IMG/VR virus record: IMGVR_UViG_3300031998_000004
From: a virus
Taxonomy: Duplodnaviria; Caudoviricetes
DNA: 64,000 bases
Strand: one strand, 5' to 3'
Of the stretch, positions 17,901-28,214 are shown piece by piece. Position 1 is the stretch's first letter. Every line of letters begins with the position of its first letter. A program made the translations under genes and the position numbers. The notes under the pieces are model-generated. The model searched no databases and had not been told where the DNA came from. It saw nothing but the letters and a program-made list of their open reading frames with translations.

Positions 17901-20900
17901 GTGTAGCTACGATATCAGAATCCAACACCTGTTCAGCTTCTTCTATAAGCATTTTATCATAACTTGCACAAAGACCTTTACTATGGAGATTATTATAAAC
18001 TACATCCATAGCCCATGGGTTAACAGCACGTGAGATAGCAATAGTATCGTCTTGATAACCAAAGGTCTTTGTTGGGGGGTTAGATTGATTAGTAACATAA
18101 GAATCATCCACAACCTTTCTCAATACAAGAACAACTGAACCTGATACGTAACCTGCAGCGGGTTCTTGTAATAAAGCAACTGTACAAGATTCATTATCAT
18201 AAGTCACTATACTTGCATACTGTGCAATATCTCCGGTCAGAGACCAAGCAGCATACATATTACCAGTAATACCTTCAGTACTATAAACAACACTATATAC
18301 GTTTTGTTCTTCAAGAGTTATCTGGCCAGGACCATCAATGGAAATCTGTGAAGATGAAGGATATTTACGTTTCTGTACTTCAACCTCTAGTCTACCAGAA
18401 ATAGTACCACCACCAGTTCGATGATAGGTACATACTATCTCGATAGTCTGAGTGGCTCCACCAGTTTCAGATGATGTATAAATACCAGTGTCTGATCCGA
18501 TTTGATCGTCATGCCTTAATCCACTTGTGGCTATTCTATATGTATAATATCCATCCTGATCTTCGATACCCACAGCAACACCGGTATATTGAATAGAACC
18601 ACTACCTTCAAGTACTGTAGTAGGACCTGTGATATAAATAGCGGGTGGAGCAACGATATAGAATGCTGCGGAGGGGTCAAATACATTAGGACCAAAGACA
18701 TTAATGAAGAAATCCACATCTTCTTGAGAACGGATACTCTCAACGGATGCGTGTCCCAGGAGAGTTACTTTACCAGTTTTCTCTGGATCTGCCGCGAGAA
18801 TAAATTCACCAATAGAATGAAGATCATCTATATCTATATTCTCCCATACAATATTATCCATATATACCGAACAATCAGCATCCGGTGTGGTCTTATTATC
18901 TAACCAATTAAGGAAGAAAGTAGGATCATTTGTGAGATTAGGACAGTTAGTTATATCGATTGTGTGAATATTTGCCGCATTATTCTGTACAGTTACTGTA
19001 TTGAGTGAGAAAAAGTTATCAAGAACCAATGACTGAATTAATCCTGGCAACATAAGGGTTGAAAGTGGTGCCGCATGCGGAAGATCAATACTCGCAAGGT
19101 TGGTGCAGTTTCTCACATCAACTGTTTTTAAATAATTATTCTCACTGAGATCCACTCTACCAATACCAGTATATCCAACCATCTGGAAATCCTCAAGATA
19201 CTTGAAGTTAGCTAATCCCTCAAGTCTTGTCATACCAGTATTCACCTGGGAGCTGAGAGTACCGAGTACGAGAGTAGTGAGATTAGAGTCAAATGCTGTA
19301 GTGTTTACTCTTCCAAAATTAATTTCATCAATCTGTTGACTAATTTTTGAAAGATCTAACTCTTTAAAATATACAGCATTATATACCTTAATGGTCGTAC
19401 CAATATAGTATCTTTCTGTCATTGTGAAGTCGATAGGTACATCTTCTTGCCCTTCAACTCCAAGAACCATTGGTCTCTCCAATCCATAACCAAAGATCTG
19501 TCCATTAACCGCAGGAATCACAGTGATAATATCATTTGGAGTAGGATCACCACCAAATGGTTTAATTTCGACACGATTACCAAGATAAGCGTCGGTACCA
19601 TTGATTGCATCATAGTTTGCAAACCTATGACTTAACCACCACTGCCTATGACTCTTACGAGGGCCTTGAAGTTTTGCGAGTTGGGTTTTATCAGAGATAT
19701 TTATATACTTATATTTATAATCTTCATTGTGTGTTCTTTCTGCCCATGATGCTGATTGTTTGATATTAAACATATCAATAACATTAGCATAGCTCATTCC
19801 AGCGTTATAGATAGCCCCATCCATCTTTCTCACTATCTCCATAAACTCATCATCAGACTCGAGGTTATTCCACAACACACTATCGTGTCCAGCATAACAA
19901 TAAGCCGCTGGATTATCAGGATCCTTACTTTGACGGTCAATATTATATCCGAATTTCAAAGCGCCATCATTACGAACACCATTAATAGTATCATTATCAT
20001 AATTGATATAATACCAATGAAGTCCATCTTCTGTGGTAAACATAGCGTTCTTAACGGTCTGGTCGACTGCACCAAAACGCATAAGGTAGACATAGTAAGC
20101 GGCTACTTTATAAACATCAAGATAATTCCACTTTTCTGATTTAAACTTATTCCAAAGAGTGTCATTATCTTTAACCATTTTACCATCTTGTACTTTAGAT
20201 GCCCCCATGGTACTATTAATCCAAGTAGCGACTCTCTTCAAAGCGCTGTTGGGTCCTTCCGCGCGCTCCGCCTCGGATGGCTTGCCACTATCATCAGGAT
20301 AACGAGCTTCAAACGAATACCTCCACCCATCATGATCGGTGCTTGTCCAGTGGGATACGTCGGTAAATAAGTTACATGGGTAATCGCCGTTCACCACTTC
20401 CCAACACTCCATATGACTATTGTCAAACCCAGGAATTGACTTAAATCCAAATACAGATTCCGTACTCTTATCATTATTCCAGTTATACTTACCTAGGAAT
20501 ATAAGAGGATCACCTTCATGCTCGTGATAGAAAAGAGTGATAGGGAAACCATCCACAGTTGTTCTTACATCATATTCATAATCTTCCTGCTCCGCACAGA
20601 ATTGTGCCATGGTCTTACCAGGAGCAATAGTCTCCGCACCGCTTCCAACAAATGTTGATTTAAGATAGAATCTATCATCAACATCGTTTACGTTCAAACG
20701 AGCATTCTTCATATAGTTATTCCACATCCTAGCAACGCCCGTATTATGTGTTGATGATGATTCTGCATAGTCTGCCTTCAAACACCACGTCTTAACAGGT
20801 TGAGCACCGTCTTTAAATGAATATAAACGATCGTCACCGGTCAACTCATTTCCTTCCCAGTCATACATCTGTGTGGTATAACGAGGTTGAGTTTCATCTT

Positions 20901-23052
20901 TGTTATCCGCTTGCGTGTAGAATCGGAAGTTCTTTCGAGGATATGCCATTGACGATGTACCCTGACAACGCATAGATGGGTTAATGAGAGTCATATTCTT
21001 AGTTGGATCTTGATAGTTAATAACTTCTATCTTATCCATCCTCACATAAGTACCTTTATCATCTTTAGTGAAATGTTGAAGTCTATCTACGTCGCCCGTG
21101 ATAACGATAATTGGTGTACGAGCAGCAAGTTTATTATCTGACATTCTCTCTGTGTTCTCTACGTAGACATCGTTTCTATCATATGCACTGACTAAATCTT
21201 CAACAGTATCCTGATAAAGAATGAAGTTATTAAGAACTTCGTTATCGGTGAGTGCGCGGGGATAACAACGAATCTGTTTTACTCGGACATTTGCGTCGTC
21301 TGTTCCAATAAACTCAATTGTTTTTGGTGATATAAACGAGTCGGATGCTGCGTAATCTGCAGCTCCTGTCATAATACCATCAACATATATAAACATCATT
21401 CCTGGATGTGCCCCTGTGTTGAGTGGGTATACTACGACATCAATACGTATATTCTCCTCGGGTTTGTATCTAGTTGCTAGTGTTGTTCCTGTGGCTGTGG
21501 AGCTTGTTATAAATGATATTTCGCTGGTGGTGATTAAAAGACCATTTCCATTGTTTGTTAGGTCGAGCACCGGAGTGGTCTCATCAAGGACTCTGGCGGT
21601 TTCAAATTCAATACCGAAAGTAAATCCTGTACCTTTAATATCATTTGCAAATGGTGCATAATCTGTCACGAATGAAGCACCATCCGGAATAACCAATCTA
21701 CCATTACTCCATCCCGAGTTTTCGTTCCAATCAAACCCATTCAATTCCCCGGCCCACCCAGCAAACGACCAGTCATCTCTATCTTCAGAACTATTAGTAC
21801 GGTCAGAACCAGAGAACTCAAAGACTGTTCCTGTTATCTGGTGAAGGTCATAACTTGATGTTTCTATATAAGCGTTAAATGTAAGAGTGGTGTTATCGCA
21901 AGAGAACTCCAAAGGAGTAGTTGTATCTGTATATGAACGAATAACATACTCATATGCTGTTCTATTCCTAAGCTCATATGAAGACTCGGATTGTCCGAGA
22001 GTGATTGTCATTGGATAAGATGCTTTATTGGTTTTAGAATAGATGCTATATCCAATAGTATATTCTTCATACTGAACAGGCCCATGAAGAGGAATTGGTT
22101 GAGTAAATGCATCAATAATCCCTATGTTCTGTGGAATAGAGAATTTGGTTAAGATTGTGGTTCCTGTGAGATTATCATCATTGATAATAAAATCTCTGTA
22201 TAGAACATCGGAATAGAATCTCACACCATTAGATGTCTCCACATAAATACGATACTGAAGGTTGTGTCGTCCAGAAGCCATGCCAGAAAGAGGAATGGTC
22301 TTAACACCAGATCCCTGAACAGCTATATAGTTATCTGTATGAGCATCGTATGGTAGTTTGTTGCCATCAATATACCACTCCAGGTACTTCACTCCTGAAC
22401 CGGCATAGTCGAACGCTACTGTAAGATTGTCTTGATTTGTATAAATGGTTGTAGTATCAAAGTCATCTGAAAGTGAGAGATTAACTGCATCAAAAGTGGC
22501 GCCAATAGTGGTTGATGCTTTTGATATCTGGCCTTTGATAGTAATCAATATTTCATTTGTCCCCTCATGGAGATATTTATCTATATTAAAATTCGCAGTA
22601 GCGCCAGCATGATAACTCTCGTTTACGGTAGTAATAGTTCCGCTATGCTGAATAGTATATATTACATTAACGGATTCGGCGAATGGTTGATCGTCTTTGT
22701 TTTTAGTAATAAAGGTAAATCTAATATAATTTCCAGTTGATCCATAGAACACAGCAGTATATCCACCAGCTGGGTCAATGAGAGTGGCTTCCATTTTATA
22801 TAGAGCCTCCATCTGTATTTCATCAACAATAAGATCTGTACGGGTTGGATCCTCTATCCAAGCATCACGCGCCACATCGTCTTTAAAAAACAAATGACGA
22901 GCCGTATCTGCATCGTAATACCCAACTCCAATTTTATCTTTAATATAATTTTGTACAGCATAGCCGCTTGCAGGTTCACCGTGAGGACCCGCTGCTGCAA
23001 AATCCATAAAACTATTTAATTTACCATTATATAAATCTTTTGCCATATTCAT
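14932..23052 (-). CDS. 2706-aa structural/receptor-binding protein: LamG-like, CotH-kinase-like, LRR and long BspA (LRR_5) repeat domains
   Basis: CLKADYAESS, GKYNWNNDK, KNAM, YDNDT motifs; many IPxSVTxIxxxAFxxCxxL repeats. Confidence 0.85.
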   Translation of the reverse strand: MNMAKDLYNGKLNSFMDFAAAGPHGEPASGYAVQNYIKDKIGVGYYDADTARHLFFKDDVARDAWIEDPTRTDLIVDEIQMEALYKMEATLIDPAGGYTAVFYGSTGNYIRFTFITKNKDDQPFAESVNVIYTIQHSGTITTVNESYHAGATANFNIDKYLHEGTNEILITIKGQISKASTTIGATFDAVNLSLSDDFDTTTIYTNQDNLTVAFDYAGSGVKYLEWYIDGNKLPYDAHTDNYIAVQGSGVKTIPLSGMASGRHNLQYRIYVETSNGVRFYSDVLYRDFIINDDNLTGTTILTKFSIPQNIGIIDAFTQPIPLHGPVQYEEYTIGYSIYSKTNKASYPMTITLGQSESSYELRNRTAYEYVIRSYTDTTTPLEFSCDNTTLTFNAYIETSSYDLHQITGTVFEFSGSDRTNSSEDRDDWSFAGWAGELNGFDWNENSGWSNGRLVIPDGASFVTDYAPFANDIKGTGFTFGIEFETARVLDETTPVLDLTNNGNGLLITTSEISFITSSTATGTTLATRYKPEENIRIDVVVYPLNTGAHPGMMFIYVDGIMTGAADYAASDSFISPKTIEFIGTDDANVRVKQIRCYPRALTDNEVLNNFILYQDTVEDLVSAYDRNDVYVENTERMSDNKLAARTPIIVITGDVDRLQHFTKDDKGTYVRMDKIEVINYQDPTKNMTLINPSMRCQGTSSMAYPRKNFRFYTQADNKDETQPRYTTQMYDWEGNELTGDDRLYSFKDGAQPVKTWCLKADYAESSSTHNTGVARMWNNYMKNARLNVNDVDDRFYLKSTFVGSGAETIAPGKTMAQFCAEQEDYEYDVRTTVDGFPITLFYHEHEGDPLIFLGKYNWNNDKSTESVFGFKSIPGFDNSHMECWEVVNGDYPCNLFTDVSHWTSTDHDGWRYSFEARYPDDSGKPSEAERAEGPNSALKRVATWINSTMGASKVQDGKMVKDNDTLWNKFKSEKWNYLDVYKVAAYYVYLMRFGAVDQTVKNAMFTTEDGLHWYYINYDNDTINGVRNDGALKFGYNIDRQSKDPDNPAAYCYAGHDSVLWNNLESDDEFMEIVRKMDGAIYNAGMSYANVIDMFNIKQSASWAERTHNEDYKYKYINISDKTQLAKLQGPRKSHRQWWLSHRFANYDAINGTDAYLGNRVEIKPFGGDPTPNDIITVIPAVNGQIFGYGLERPMVLGVEGQEDVPIDFTMTERYYIGTTIKVYNAVYFKELDLSKISQQIDEINFGRVNTTAFDSNLTTLVLGTLSSQVNTGMTRLEGLANFKYLEDFQMVGYTGIGRVDLSENNYLKTVDVRNCTNLASIDLPHAAPLSTLMLPGLIQSLVLDNFFSLNTVTVQNNAANIHTIDITNCPNLTNDPTFFLNWLDNKTTPDADCSVYMDNIVWENIDIDDLHSIGEFILAADPEKTGKVTLLGHASVESIRSQEDVDFFINVFGPNVFDPSAAFYIVAPPAIYITGPTTVLEGSGSIQYTGVAVGIEDQDGYYTYRIATSGLRHDDQIGSDTGIYTSSETGGATQTIEIVCTYHRTGGGTISGRLEVEVQKRKYPSSSQISIDGPGQITLEEQNVYSVVYSTEGITGNMYAAWSLTGDIAQYASIVTYDNESCTVALLQEPAAGYVSGSVVLVLRKVVDDSYVTNQSNPPTKTFGYQDDTIAISRAVNPWAMDVVYNNLHSKGLCASYDKMLIEEAEQVLDSDIVATQNYSIFSYDNAFRDNCTNFDEFRHFTGLRTIPKGCFYGCTKLESVIIPNNIQTIEYNAFYNCSKLSSINIPSSVTTIKSYVFTSVGITSITIPSSVITLEAQAFQNCTGLTSVTMYCDVPSYCFSRTDSARFYNCANIRSITLGEGVTSIGQRAFYGYNNWLDWLDSITIPSTVTTIANQAFEGCTGLTDVIMYCDVPDNCFNISQTYSCFFNCPNIRNVTLGEGVINIGSRAFNVQQWLTSIIIPNSVITIGQDVFDGCTGLTSVTMGNSVTAIGNSAFSNCPNITSITLPSSVTSIGSSAFYGCTGLTSINIPSSVTTINNYTFQNCTGLTSINIPSSVTTINNRAFQNCTGLVSINIPSSVTTIVSGAFEGCTGLISITLPSSVTSMGGGVFRNCTGLTDVTMYCNIPSHCFDFDKSYSAFNGCENIESITLGEGIVDIGSNVFDGIDWIDTIVIPNSVTTIRQYAFQNCSGLTSITIGSSVTTIETSVFKNCPLLASITVDPSNPTFNDGSAADGHDCIIGTSNNILYCGCKNSVIPQGVVRINNYAFDECTGLTSINIPNTVTTIDYSAFYFCSNLASINIPSSVTSLQSNSFYGCYSVSSITVDYGNSTYYDGRNVGGSNCIIRKSNNYLYIGCKNSVIPQGVLNIGNGAFYGCTGLTSITLPSSITSIGSNAFQNCTGLTSINIPIACTSIMYEAFAGCTSLSSITVDSSNTVYNDGSSNGGHDCIIGTSTNILYFGCKNSVIPNTVTSIDSYAFEGCTGLTSINIPNSVTTIRQYAFQNCSGLNSITLPSSITSISSGAFYSCTGLVEVTICCDIPNNCFRIDSSNAVFYQCSSIERVILGEGVNIIGTYAFYEQTWLNSINIPNTVTTINNSVFYKCTGLTTIIIGNSVTTIGNSAFGDCTGLISVTIGSSVTSIGSNAFNGCSHLTTITSLPTTPPTIYPYTLPGTTVVQNIYVPSGSVIDYQTASNWNSYASIISAIA
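15100..17830 (-). repeat. BspA-type leucine-rich repeat array (about 69-nt units, with larger block duplications)
   Basis: Near-identical DNA units, e.g. 16865-16985. Confidence 0.9.
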
Positions 23053-23225
23053 TAACTATTTTTCCACGCATCTGTATTGACCCATGGTTTATCATTTATC
23101 CAATACCCTTTTCCAAAACAAGACCTAATTGCAGTCCACACAAGAACAAGTCCCTTGTAGACAGCAGATATTGCTCGTTCTCCAAAGAACTCTTGTGACT
23201 GACCATAATAATCCTTATATATCAT
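23052..23225 (-). CDS. 57-aa protein (MIYKDYYG...SCFGKGYWINDKPWVNTDAWKNS), not in the ORF track
   Basis: Translated by hand; TAATG-coupled at both ends. Confidence 0.7.
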   Translation of the reverse strand: MIYKDYYGQSQEFFGERAISAVYKGLVLVWTAIRSCFGKGYWINDKPWVNTDAWKNS

Positions 23226-23440
23226 TATTCTTCGTAGATATGATAAATTTTATCTTCATCAATCTGTCCTGATTGAACTAATGCATTATACTCATCTTCT
23301 GTTAAAAAAACGTCACGATCAAACATATCCAACAACACCTTTTGAAGGACGTCGCCGGTAATCGCCATATGAGAATTTTCGTAAATTCTATTTATAATTT
23401 CTTGTCTGATATTGCTCATACATAAATAATAAAAGACCAC
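23225..23440 (-). CDS. Small tail-associated protein (probable start MSNIRQ)
   Basis: LTEDEYNAL...DEDKIYHI motif seen in phage tail-fibre proteins. Confidence 0.6.
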   Translation of the reverse strand: MVFYYLCMSNIRQEIINRIYENSHMAITGDVLQKVLLDMFDRDVFLTEDEYNALVQSGQIDEDKIYHIYEE

Positions 23441-23491
23441 CGAGTGGTGGTCTCTTAGTTGAATATTTATAAATATAGATAATAATTAAAA

Positions 23492-24592
23492 TTATTTCAT
23501 TCCCATTAACCAACCATCATCTAAATATTGTTGAATTAATTCAGGACTAACTCTTTTTATTTGATTTTCTTTATGAATATATTTTAATCCTTTACAGGGA
23601 CCACATTTGCCATTGTTATAATTTTTGAATGCTGACATTTTGAGTTCTCCTGATAAATATCTGTGGTCATTAATTGAAACAGAAAAACTTTTTTCTTCTG
23701 GGTGATTTGGATCATAAACAGTTATCATTCCTTTATTTCGAGACGTCATTCTTTTCTCCCAACCGTCATCCAAATATTCATCAAGTTCTGATGGATCAAT
23801 GTATTTATTAATTCCATTTTTACATATACCTATAAAATTTTTTATAGGATGCACATTTCTTCCAACCATCCATCCATCATTAACGTATGAATCGATTAAA
23901 GACTTGTTAATGCATAATCTTCTATCATCTTTATATATCCATATTTTACCTTTAGTTGGACTTATTCTACCTCTACATTTATTTCTGATTTCCCATCCAT
24001 CTTTAAGATAATCATTTAATTCTATTTTTTTGATTGTTTTATATTCGCCGTTTTTATACACACATGTATAATCCTTGAATCCTTTATTACCTTTAGAAAC
24101 AATTGTTAGTTCACCCGATTGATATCGTGGGTCTGTTGTAAAAGTTCTAAAACAATCTCCATTTCTATCTCTTACTGTGACCAATCCGGAATTTACAGAC
24201 ACCAATTCTCCTGATAAATATCTCGGATCGTTAACAGACACATCAAAACATTTATCATTTGAATCTTTTACTGTTACTAATCCTTTAGTTGAACAATCTG
24301 TATAAGACCCCACACCACCTTCCAACATATTTAAACACAATATATTAGATAACATTTTTTCATTAACTATTTCCTTTTCATAATTTAACGCTTCTTCTCT
24401 AGTATCAAAATATTTAAGTATTTCTTTAACAAATTGTTCTTTTCCAAATAACTTACATAACCGAGTTATTCTAACTCCACTACCCATATAGTTATCATTA
24501 ATATTATTTGTACTGTGAATTCCATAATAATATTCCCCGGTCTTTGTGTTGGTTATCTTATAAAAATAATGATATTTCTTTTGACTGTGCAT
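23492..24592 (-). CDS. GIY-YIG (Seg-like) homing endonuclease
   Basis: YFYKITN..GEYYYGIH...YMGSG; C-terminal DPRYLSGEL and YLxDGW repeats. Confidence 0.85.
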   Translation of the reverse strand: MHSQKKYHYFYKITNTKTGEYYYGIHSTNNINDNYMGSGVRITRLCKLFGKEQFVKEILKYFDTREEALNYEKEIVNEKMLSNILCLNMLEGGVGSYTDCSTKGLVTVKDSNDKCFDVSVNDPRYLSGELVSVNSGLVTVRDRNGDCFRTFTTDPRYQSGELTIVSKGNKGFKDYTCVYKNGEYKTIKKIELNDYLKDGWEIRNKCRGRISPTKGKIWIYKDDRRLCINKSLIDSYVNDGWMVGRNVHPIKNFIGICKNGINKYIDPSELDEYLDDGWEKRMTSRNKGMITVYDPNHPEEKSFSVSINDHRYLSGELKMSAFKNYNNGKCGPCKGLKYIHKENQIKRVSPELIQQYLDDGWLMGMK

Positions 24593-24670
24593 AGATTCTT
24601 AATGTTTTTATATATAAAAAATAAAGACCTTTCGGTCTTTAATTAAATTATTAACTTATTAAATTTCAAT

Positions 24671-25627
24671 CTACACCATCAAATCTTTATATTCTCCAAT
24701 ATTGATGTGATGATTAAATATTGATCCTGAAACACCCTTTGTTATAACAGAATGACAATCAAAATTATGAATAGACTCACGATGCACACAAACTACCCTC
24801 CAATCTCTAATTCGGTTATCACTGTTTAATTCTTCAGCCATTTTTCTTACAGCTTCTTCAACAAACATTGGCTGTGCCCCCATTTCACCATGTGCCTGTT
24901 CATCTTCCCTTTTACAAAACACCATAGTTTCATTAGGGAGAGCATTTCTACAATGATCAATAATATCTTCAATCCAAATAATCTCTTCAGATTCTACAGA
25001 CACACGACACACACTTCTCTGATTATGAGGAGCAGCATATACTCCTCGGGTCATAGCTGCATGTTGAGCAAGTGCAGTGCTGCATGTGCAAACGCTTTGA
25101 TATATATAATCTACAATGACAACTTTCTTAAATTCACCACTTTTATCAATATTACAATCAAATGTAACATTATAAACCTGATAACCACCGTTCAAATTTC
25201 CATTTTCATCCCTACTTCTCAGAGACGGCAACCAAAGATAATAAGGAAAGTTCATTAGTACATGAGCATCAAAAGAATTCATTTTCTTTTGATAATCGCG
25301 AAGGATACCCTCAAGACGATTGATATCAAAAATAACATCTCTGGTTGGAATCCATTCTCGAATAAGTCTTGACATATTTATTCCAAAATGATCACTATCT
25401 AAATCATTTTCGGCATAAATTGTGGCGAGAACCTGTTGAGTTCCCCCATCTTTTTGTTTTACTGTAACAGGAACCTTGAAATTTTGAATACCAACAAATG
25501 GGATAGCCAATCCCTTAAACTCCCCATTCTGCAGATCTGGCATCGAATCGAGATATTCCTGAGAAGGAACAAAATCTTTATCATAGGATCTCTTAAGATC
25601 CATCACTTTTACATCTTTATTCATCAT
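24671..25627 (-). CDS. folE2: GTP cyclohydrolase I type 2 (FolE2)
   Basis: MPDLQ, VGI, GINMSRL, CTCS, HNQRS, KREDE, FVEE, ESIH. Confidence 0.9.
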   Translation of the reverse strand: MMNKDVKVMDLKRSYDKDFVPSQEYLDSMPDLQNGEFKGLAIPFVGIQNFKVPVTVKQKDGGTQQVLATIYAENDLDSDHFGINMSRLIREWIPTRDVIFDINRLEGILRDYQKKMNSFDAHVLMNFPYYLWLPSLRSRDENGNLNGGYQVYNVTFDCNIDKSGEFKKVVIVDYIYQSVCTCSTALAQHAAMTRGVYAAPHNQRSVCRVSVESEEIIWIEDIIDHCRNALPNETMVFCKREDEQAHGEMGAQPMFVEEAVRKMAEELNSDNRIRDWRVVCVHRESIHNFDCHSVITKGVSGSIFNHHINIGEYKDLMV

Positions 25628-25768
25628 GATAAAATATATTTAATGTTCACTAATAATTAAAACATTATAAAATTTTTGATTTAACAGAGAGAAAAAGAAA
25701 AGATGACCAATAAGTCACCTTTTCAAAAATTTTTAATTATACGCGAGTTTTGATAGCAATAATCTTAA

Positions 25769-26368
25769 TTATTCAGCAGATGCGTTATTTCCAGGAACCG
25801 CATCAACATCTGTCCACCAGTCTGACTTAAACTTAACAGTAAGTTCAGCGGCATCAAGGGTTTCATAGTTATACTCGTTAAGACCATCTGGAGAATCAGC
25901 CATCATAACATCCTTAAATACTACATCTTCAATAACATCACCTGCGCGGTTTGCGATTTTAACTTCAAAGGCTTCGGCGCAGTAGTCCTTTTTAAGAACC
26001 TTCTCACCAGTAAGGATATTATAACCGAGTCTTGCCCATGCCTTAATTAATCTATAAAGATAATTGTCGGTTTCATTTTTAAGGTTAAGAGCAAATTTAA
26101 TTTCTATTTCAGCACTTGTATCATCAAGACCTGGCAGAATGTATGTACGGGTTGTACCCATGAACTTTTGTGTGTTTGTACCAGCGGTCTTATGAAGTGC
26201 GCCGAGACCAGAGATACTTAATACTTGTTCTGTTATTTGAGTTTCTTCCTCTGGAAAATCTGCTTTAAGAGCAGCAGGTAGTGTGAAAGATACCTCAAAC
26301 ATATTAACATGCATAGGATCCCATTTATTGATCCCAGCTTTTGAATTCGTTATGTGTGGTAAAGCCAT
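25769..26368 (-). CDS. T4 gp19-like tail tube protein
   Basis: Size, FEVSF, W..L.Y...TG..KKDY, C-terminal VKFKSDWW. Confidence 0.75.
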   Translation of the reverse strand: MALPHITNSKAGINKWDPMHVNMFEVSFTLPAALKADFPEEETQITEQVLSISGLGALHKTAGTNTQKFMGTTRTYILPGLDDTSAEIEIKFALNLKNETDNYLYRLIKAWARLGYNILTGEKVLKKDYCAEAFEVKIANRAGDVIEDVVFKDVMMADSPDGLNEYNYETLDAAELTVKFKSDWWTDVDAVPGNNASAE

Positions 26369-26436
26369 ATTATTGTCTATTTATTTATTTAATTTAATAA
26401 TAAACCTTAAGAACAAACTAAATTAAACATTAGAGT

Positions 26437-26811
26437 TTGTTAATTATATTCATAAACAGAAACAAAAGTATGAATGAGAAAGTAACTGAAAAGTGGTTTG
26501 AGGAAAATGGCTGGACTCCTTCGATATTTTATCTTAATAACACTATTGATGGTCGTGGCCGAGTCACTACCGAACGTATAATCACTTATATGTTGAATAA
26601 CGGAAGTACCACTTTAAAGGGTTATAGCCAGGCCCGTTGGGACCACACCATTCGTGTAACTCGAGATAAGAGAGGTAAGGTTGTGGGAGCAAGTAACTGG
26701 TATAGTCTTTCGGTATCCGGAAAGGGATTTCATATTGAAAATAGGATTGCGTATCGCAGGTTTAGTATCGAGCAGGTGGAGTCCGCTCTTAAAATAGTTG
26801 GATTGAAGTAG
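26437..26811 (+). CDS. Hypothetical protein (probable start MNEKVT)
   Basis: First ORF of a plus-strand cluster. Confidence 0.6.
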   Translation: MLIIFINRNKSMNEKVTEKWFEENGWTPSIFYLNNTIDGRGRVTTERIITYMLNNGSTTLKGYSQARWDHTIRVTRDKRGKVVGASNWYSLSVSGKGFHIENRIAYRRFSIEQVESALKIVGLK

Positions 26812-26813
26812 AT

Positions 26814-26990
26814 ATGTTTCACTGGGAGACAATGGAGATGGTGTTTCGGGTGCCTGGTAAAGGGAGGCCGAGGATGATGAAGGTCGAAGGTTGTAAAAGA
26901 CTCCTTGATGGGTTTGCAGCAGTCTTAAAGAAGTACCCGGATGCCGAGTTTATTTCATTTAATGGTTATCAGTATAAAACTAAAGCATAA
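26814..26990 (+). CDS. 58-aa hypothetical protein, not in the ORF track
   Basis: MFHWETMEMVFR...YKTKA; fills the intergenic gap exactly. Confidence 0.55.
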   Translation: MFHWETMEMVFRVPGKGRPRMMKVEGCKRLLDGFAAVLKKYPDAEFISFNGYQYKTKA

Positions 26991-26991
26991 T

Positions 26992-27156
26992 ATGATAAAC
27001 TCAGATATAATAAACCCGGAAAACGCTCTTTGGTACTACACTAAAGGAGAAATAACAAAGGAAGAATATTTGCAATTATGTCCTTGGGAAAGAAAATATT
27101 ACGAAAAGAAAAATATTGATGATGAATGGCGCAAGATAGAGGAGTTGGATTTATAA
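26992..27156 (+). CDS. Small hypothetical protein
   Basis: Start MINSD within ORF 26941..27156. Confidence 0.5.
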   Translation: MINSDIINPENALWYYTKGEITKEEYLQLCPWERKYYEKKNIDDEWRKIEELDL

Positions 27157-27180
27157 CATAAGAAGATAAAAATTAGATTT

Positions 27181-27645
27181 ATGACACCAGAAGAAAAACA
27201 ACTGTTACTGAAAGACCTTTTTACAAGGTTGCCTTTTGGAGTAAAAGCACACATTATTGGAGATGGCTTTTATGATGCGAGAGAGCCATACGATACAACA
27301 CTGACTGCCAGACAACACTATGTCTTAGTCGATTTTCTTAGAGATAGAGAACTAATCATAGAGCCATATCTTCGCCCACTAATTGATATGACCGAAGAGG
27401 AGAGGAAAGAACTTGAAGACAAAGCCTGGTGTATTGCGGTAGCAAATGAGGTAATGACTACGCCAGAAGGGTTTGATTGGCTTAATGAACATCATTTTGA
27501 CTATCGGGGTTTAATTGAGAAAGGTCTTGCATTGGTGGCGCCCGCAGGAATGTATGTGAAAGAAACGGTTGGAGTGAAGGAATCACCCCTAAAAACATTC
27601 CCAAAAATAAATGAATTTGATGAGGATTCGAGTTATAGAGGATAA
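27181..27645 (+). CDS. Hypothetical protein, paralog of 27822..28214
   Basis: LLLKDL, PYLRP, DWLN..FDYRGLIEKGLAL.AP.GMY. Confidence 0.75.
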   Translation: MTPEEKQLLLKDLFTRLPFGVKAHIIGDGFYDAREPYDTTLTARQHYVLVDFLRDRELIIEPYLRPLIDMTEEERKELEDKAWCIAVANEVMTTPEGFDWLNEHHFDYRGLIEKGLALVAPAGMYVKETVGVKESPLKTFPKINEFDEDSSYRG

Positions 27646-27648
27646 AAT

Positions 27649-27820
27649 TATGACACAGGAAGAAAGAATAACAATATGTAAGATATTACGAAAAGAAACT
27701 TGTTGTGGTATGATGGATGCCTCAAATGCGTTAAATACAATTATTGAGGCACTAAAAGCAAAGCCGGTAGTTATTTTAGATAATCCGCGACGTTTACATA
27801 TAACTTATAATTGGATATAA
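27649..27820 (+). CDS. Small hypothetical protein with an EF-Ts N-terminal/UBA-like motif
   Basis: K.LRKET.CGMMD...AL. Confidence 0.45.
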
Positions 27821-27821
27821 T

Positions 27822-28214
27822 ATGAAACAAGAAGATAAGGAGCTATTACTGAAAGACCTATGCGCTAGATTTCCTCACGATGTTATAGTAGAAAGACTAT
27901 ATATACCAGAAAATAATGGATTCTCTTGCGAATTGTCTTACCGAGATTTCGAATTATTGAATGATGATAATTGGAGTATTAAACCATATCTCCGTCCAAT
28001 GTCAAGTATGACCAAGGAAGAGAAGTACACATACAGGCACATGCTTGGGGCTACGCTCAACAGTGAGGGAGAATCCATTATGTTTGTTTATGTGGAAGAT
28101 TTTCCTACGGTCATTGATTGGCTCAATGCTCATTACTTCGACTATCGTGGTTTAATTGAGAAAGGTCTTGCTCTTGAAGCGCCAGAAGGAATGTATAGAT
28201 TGGTGAAAAAATGA
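27822..28214 (+). CDS. Hypothetical protein, paralog of 27181..27645
   Basis: Shared motifs. Confidence 0.75.
   Translation: MKQEDKELLLKDLCARFPHDVIVERLYIPENNGFSCELSYRDFELLNDDNWSIKPYLRPMSSMTKEEKYTYRHMLGATLNSEGESIMFVYVEDFPTVIDWLNAHYFDYRGLIEKGLALEAPEGMYRLVKK

Noticed and set aside
25698-25724. Near-identical hairpins here and at about 60843-60868
   Set aside because: Best explained as ordinary intrinsic terminators; no transposase or target-site duplication.
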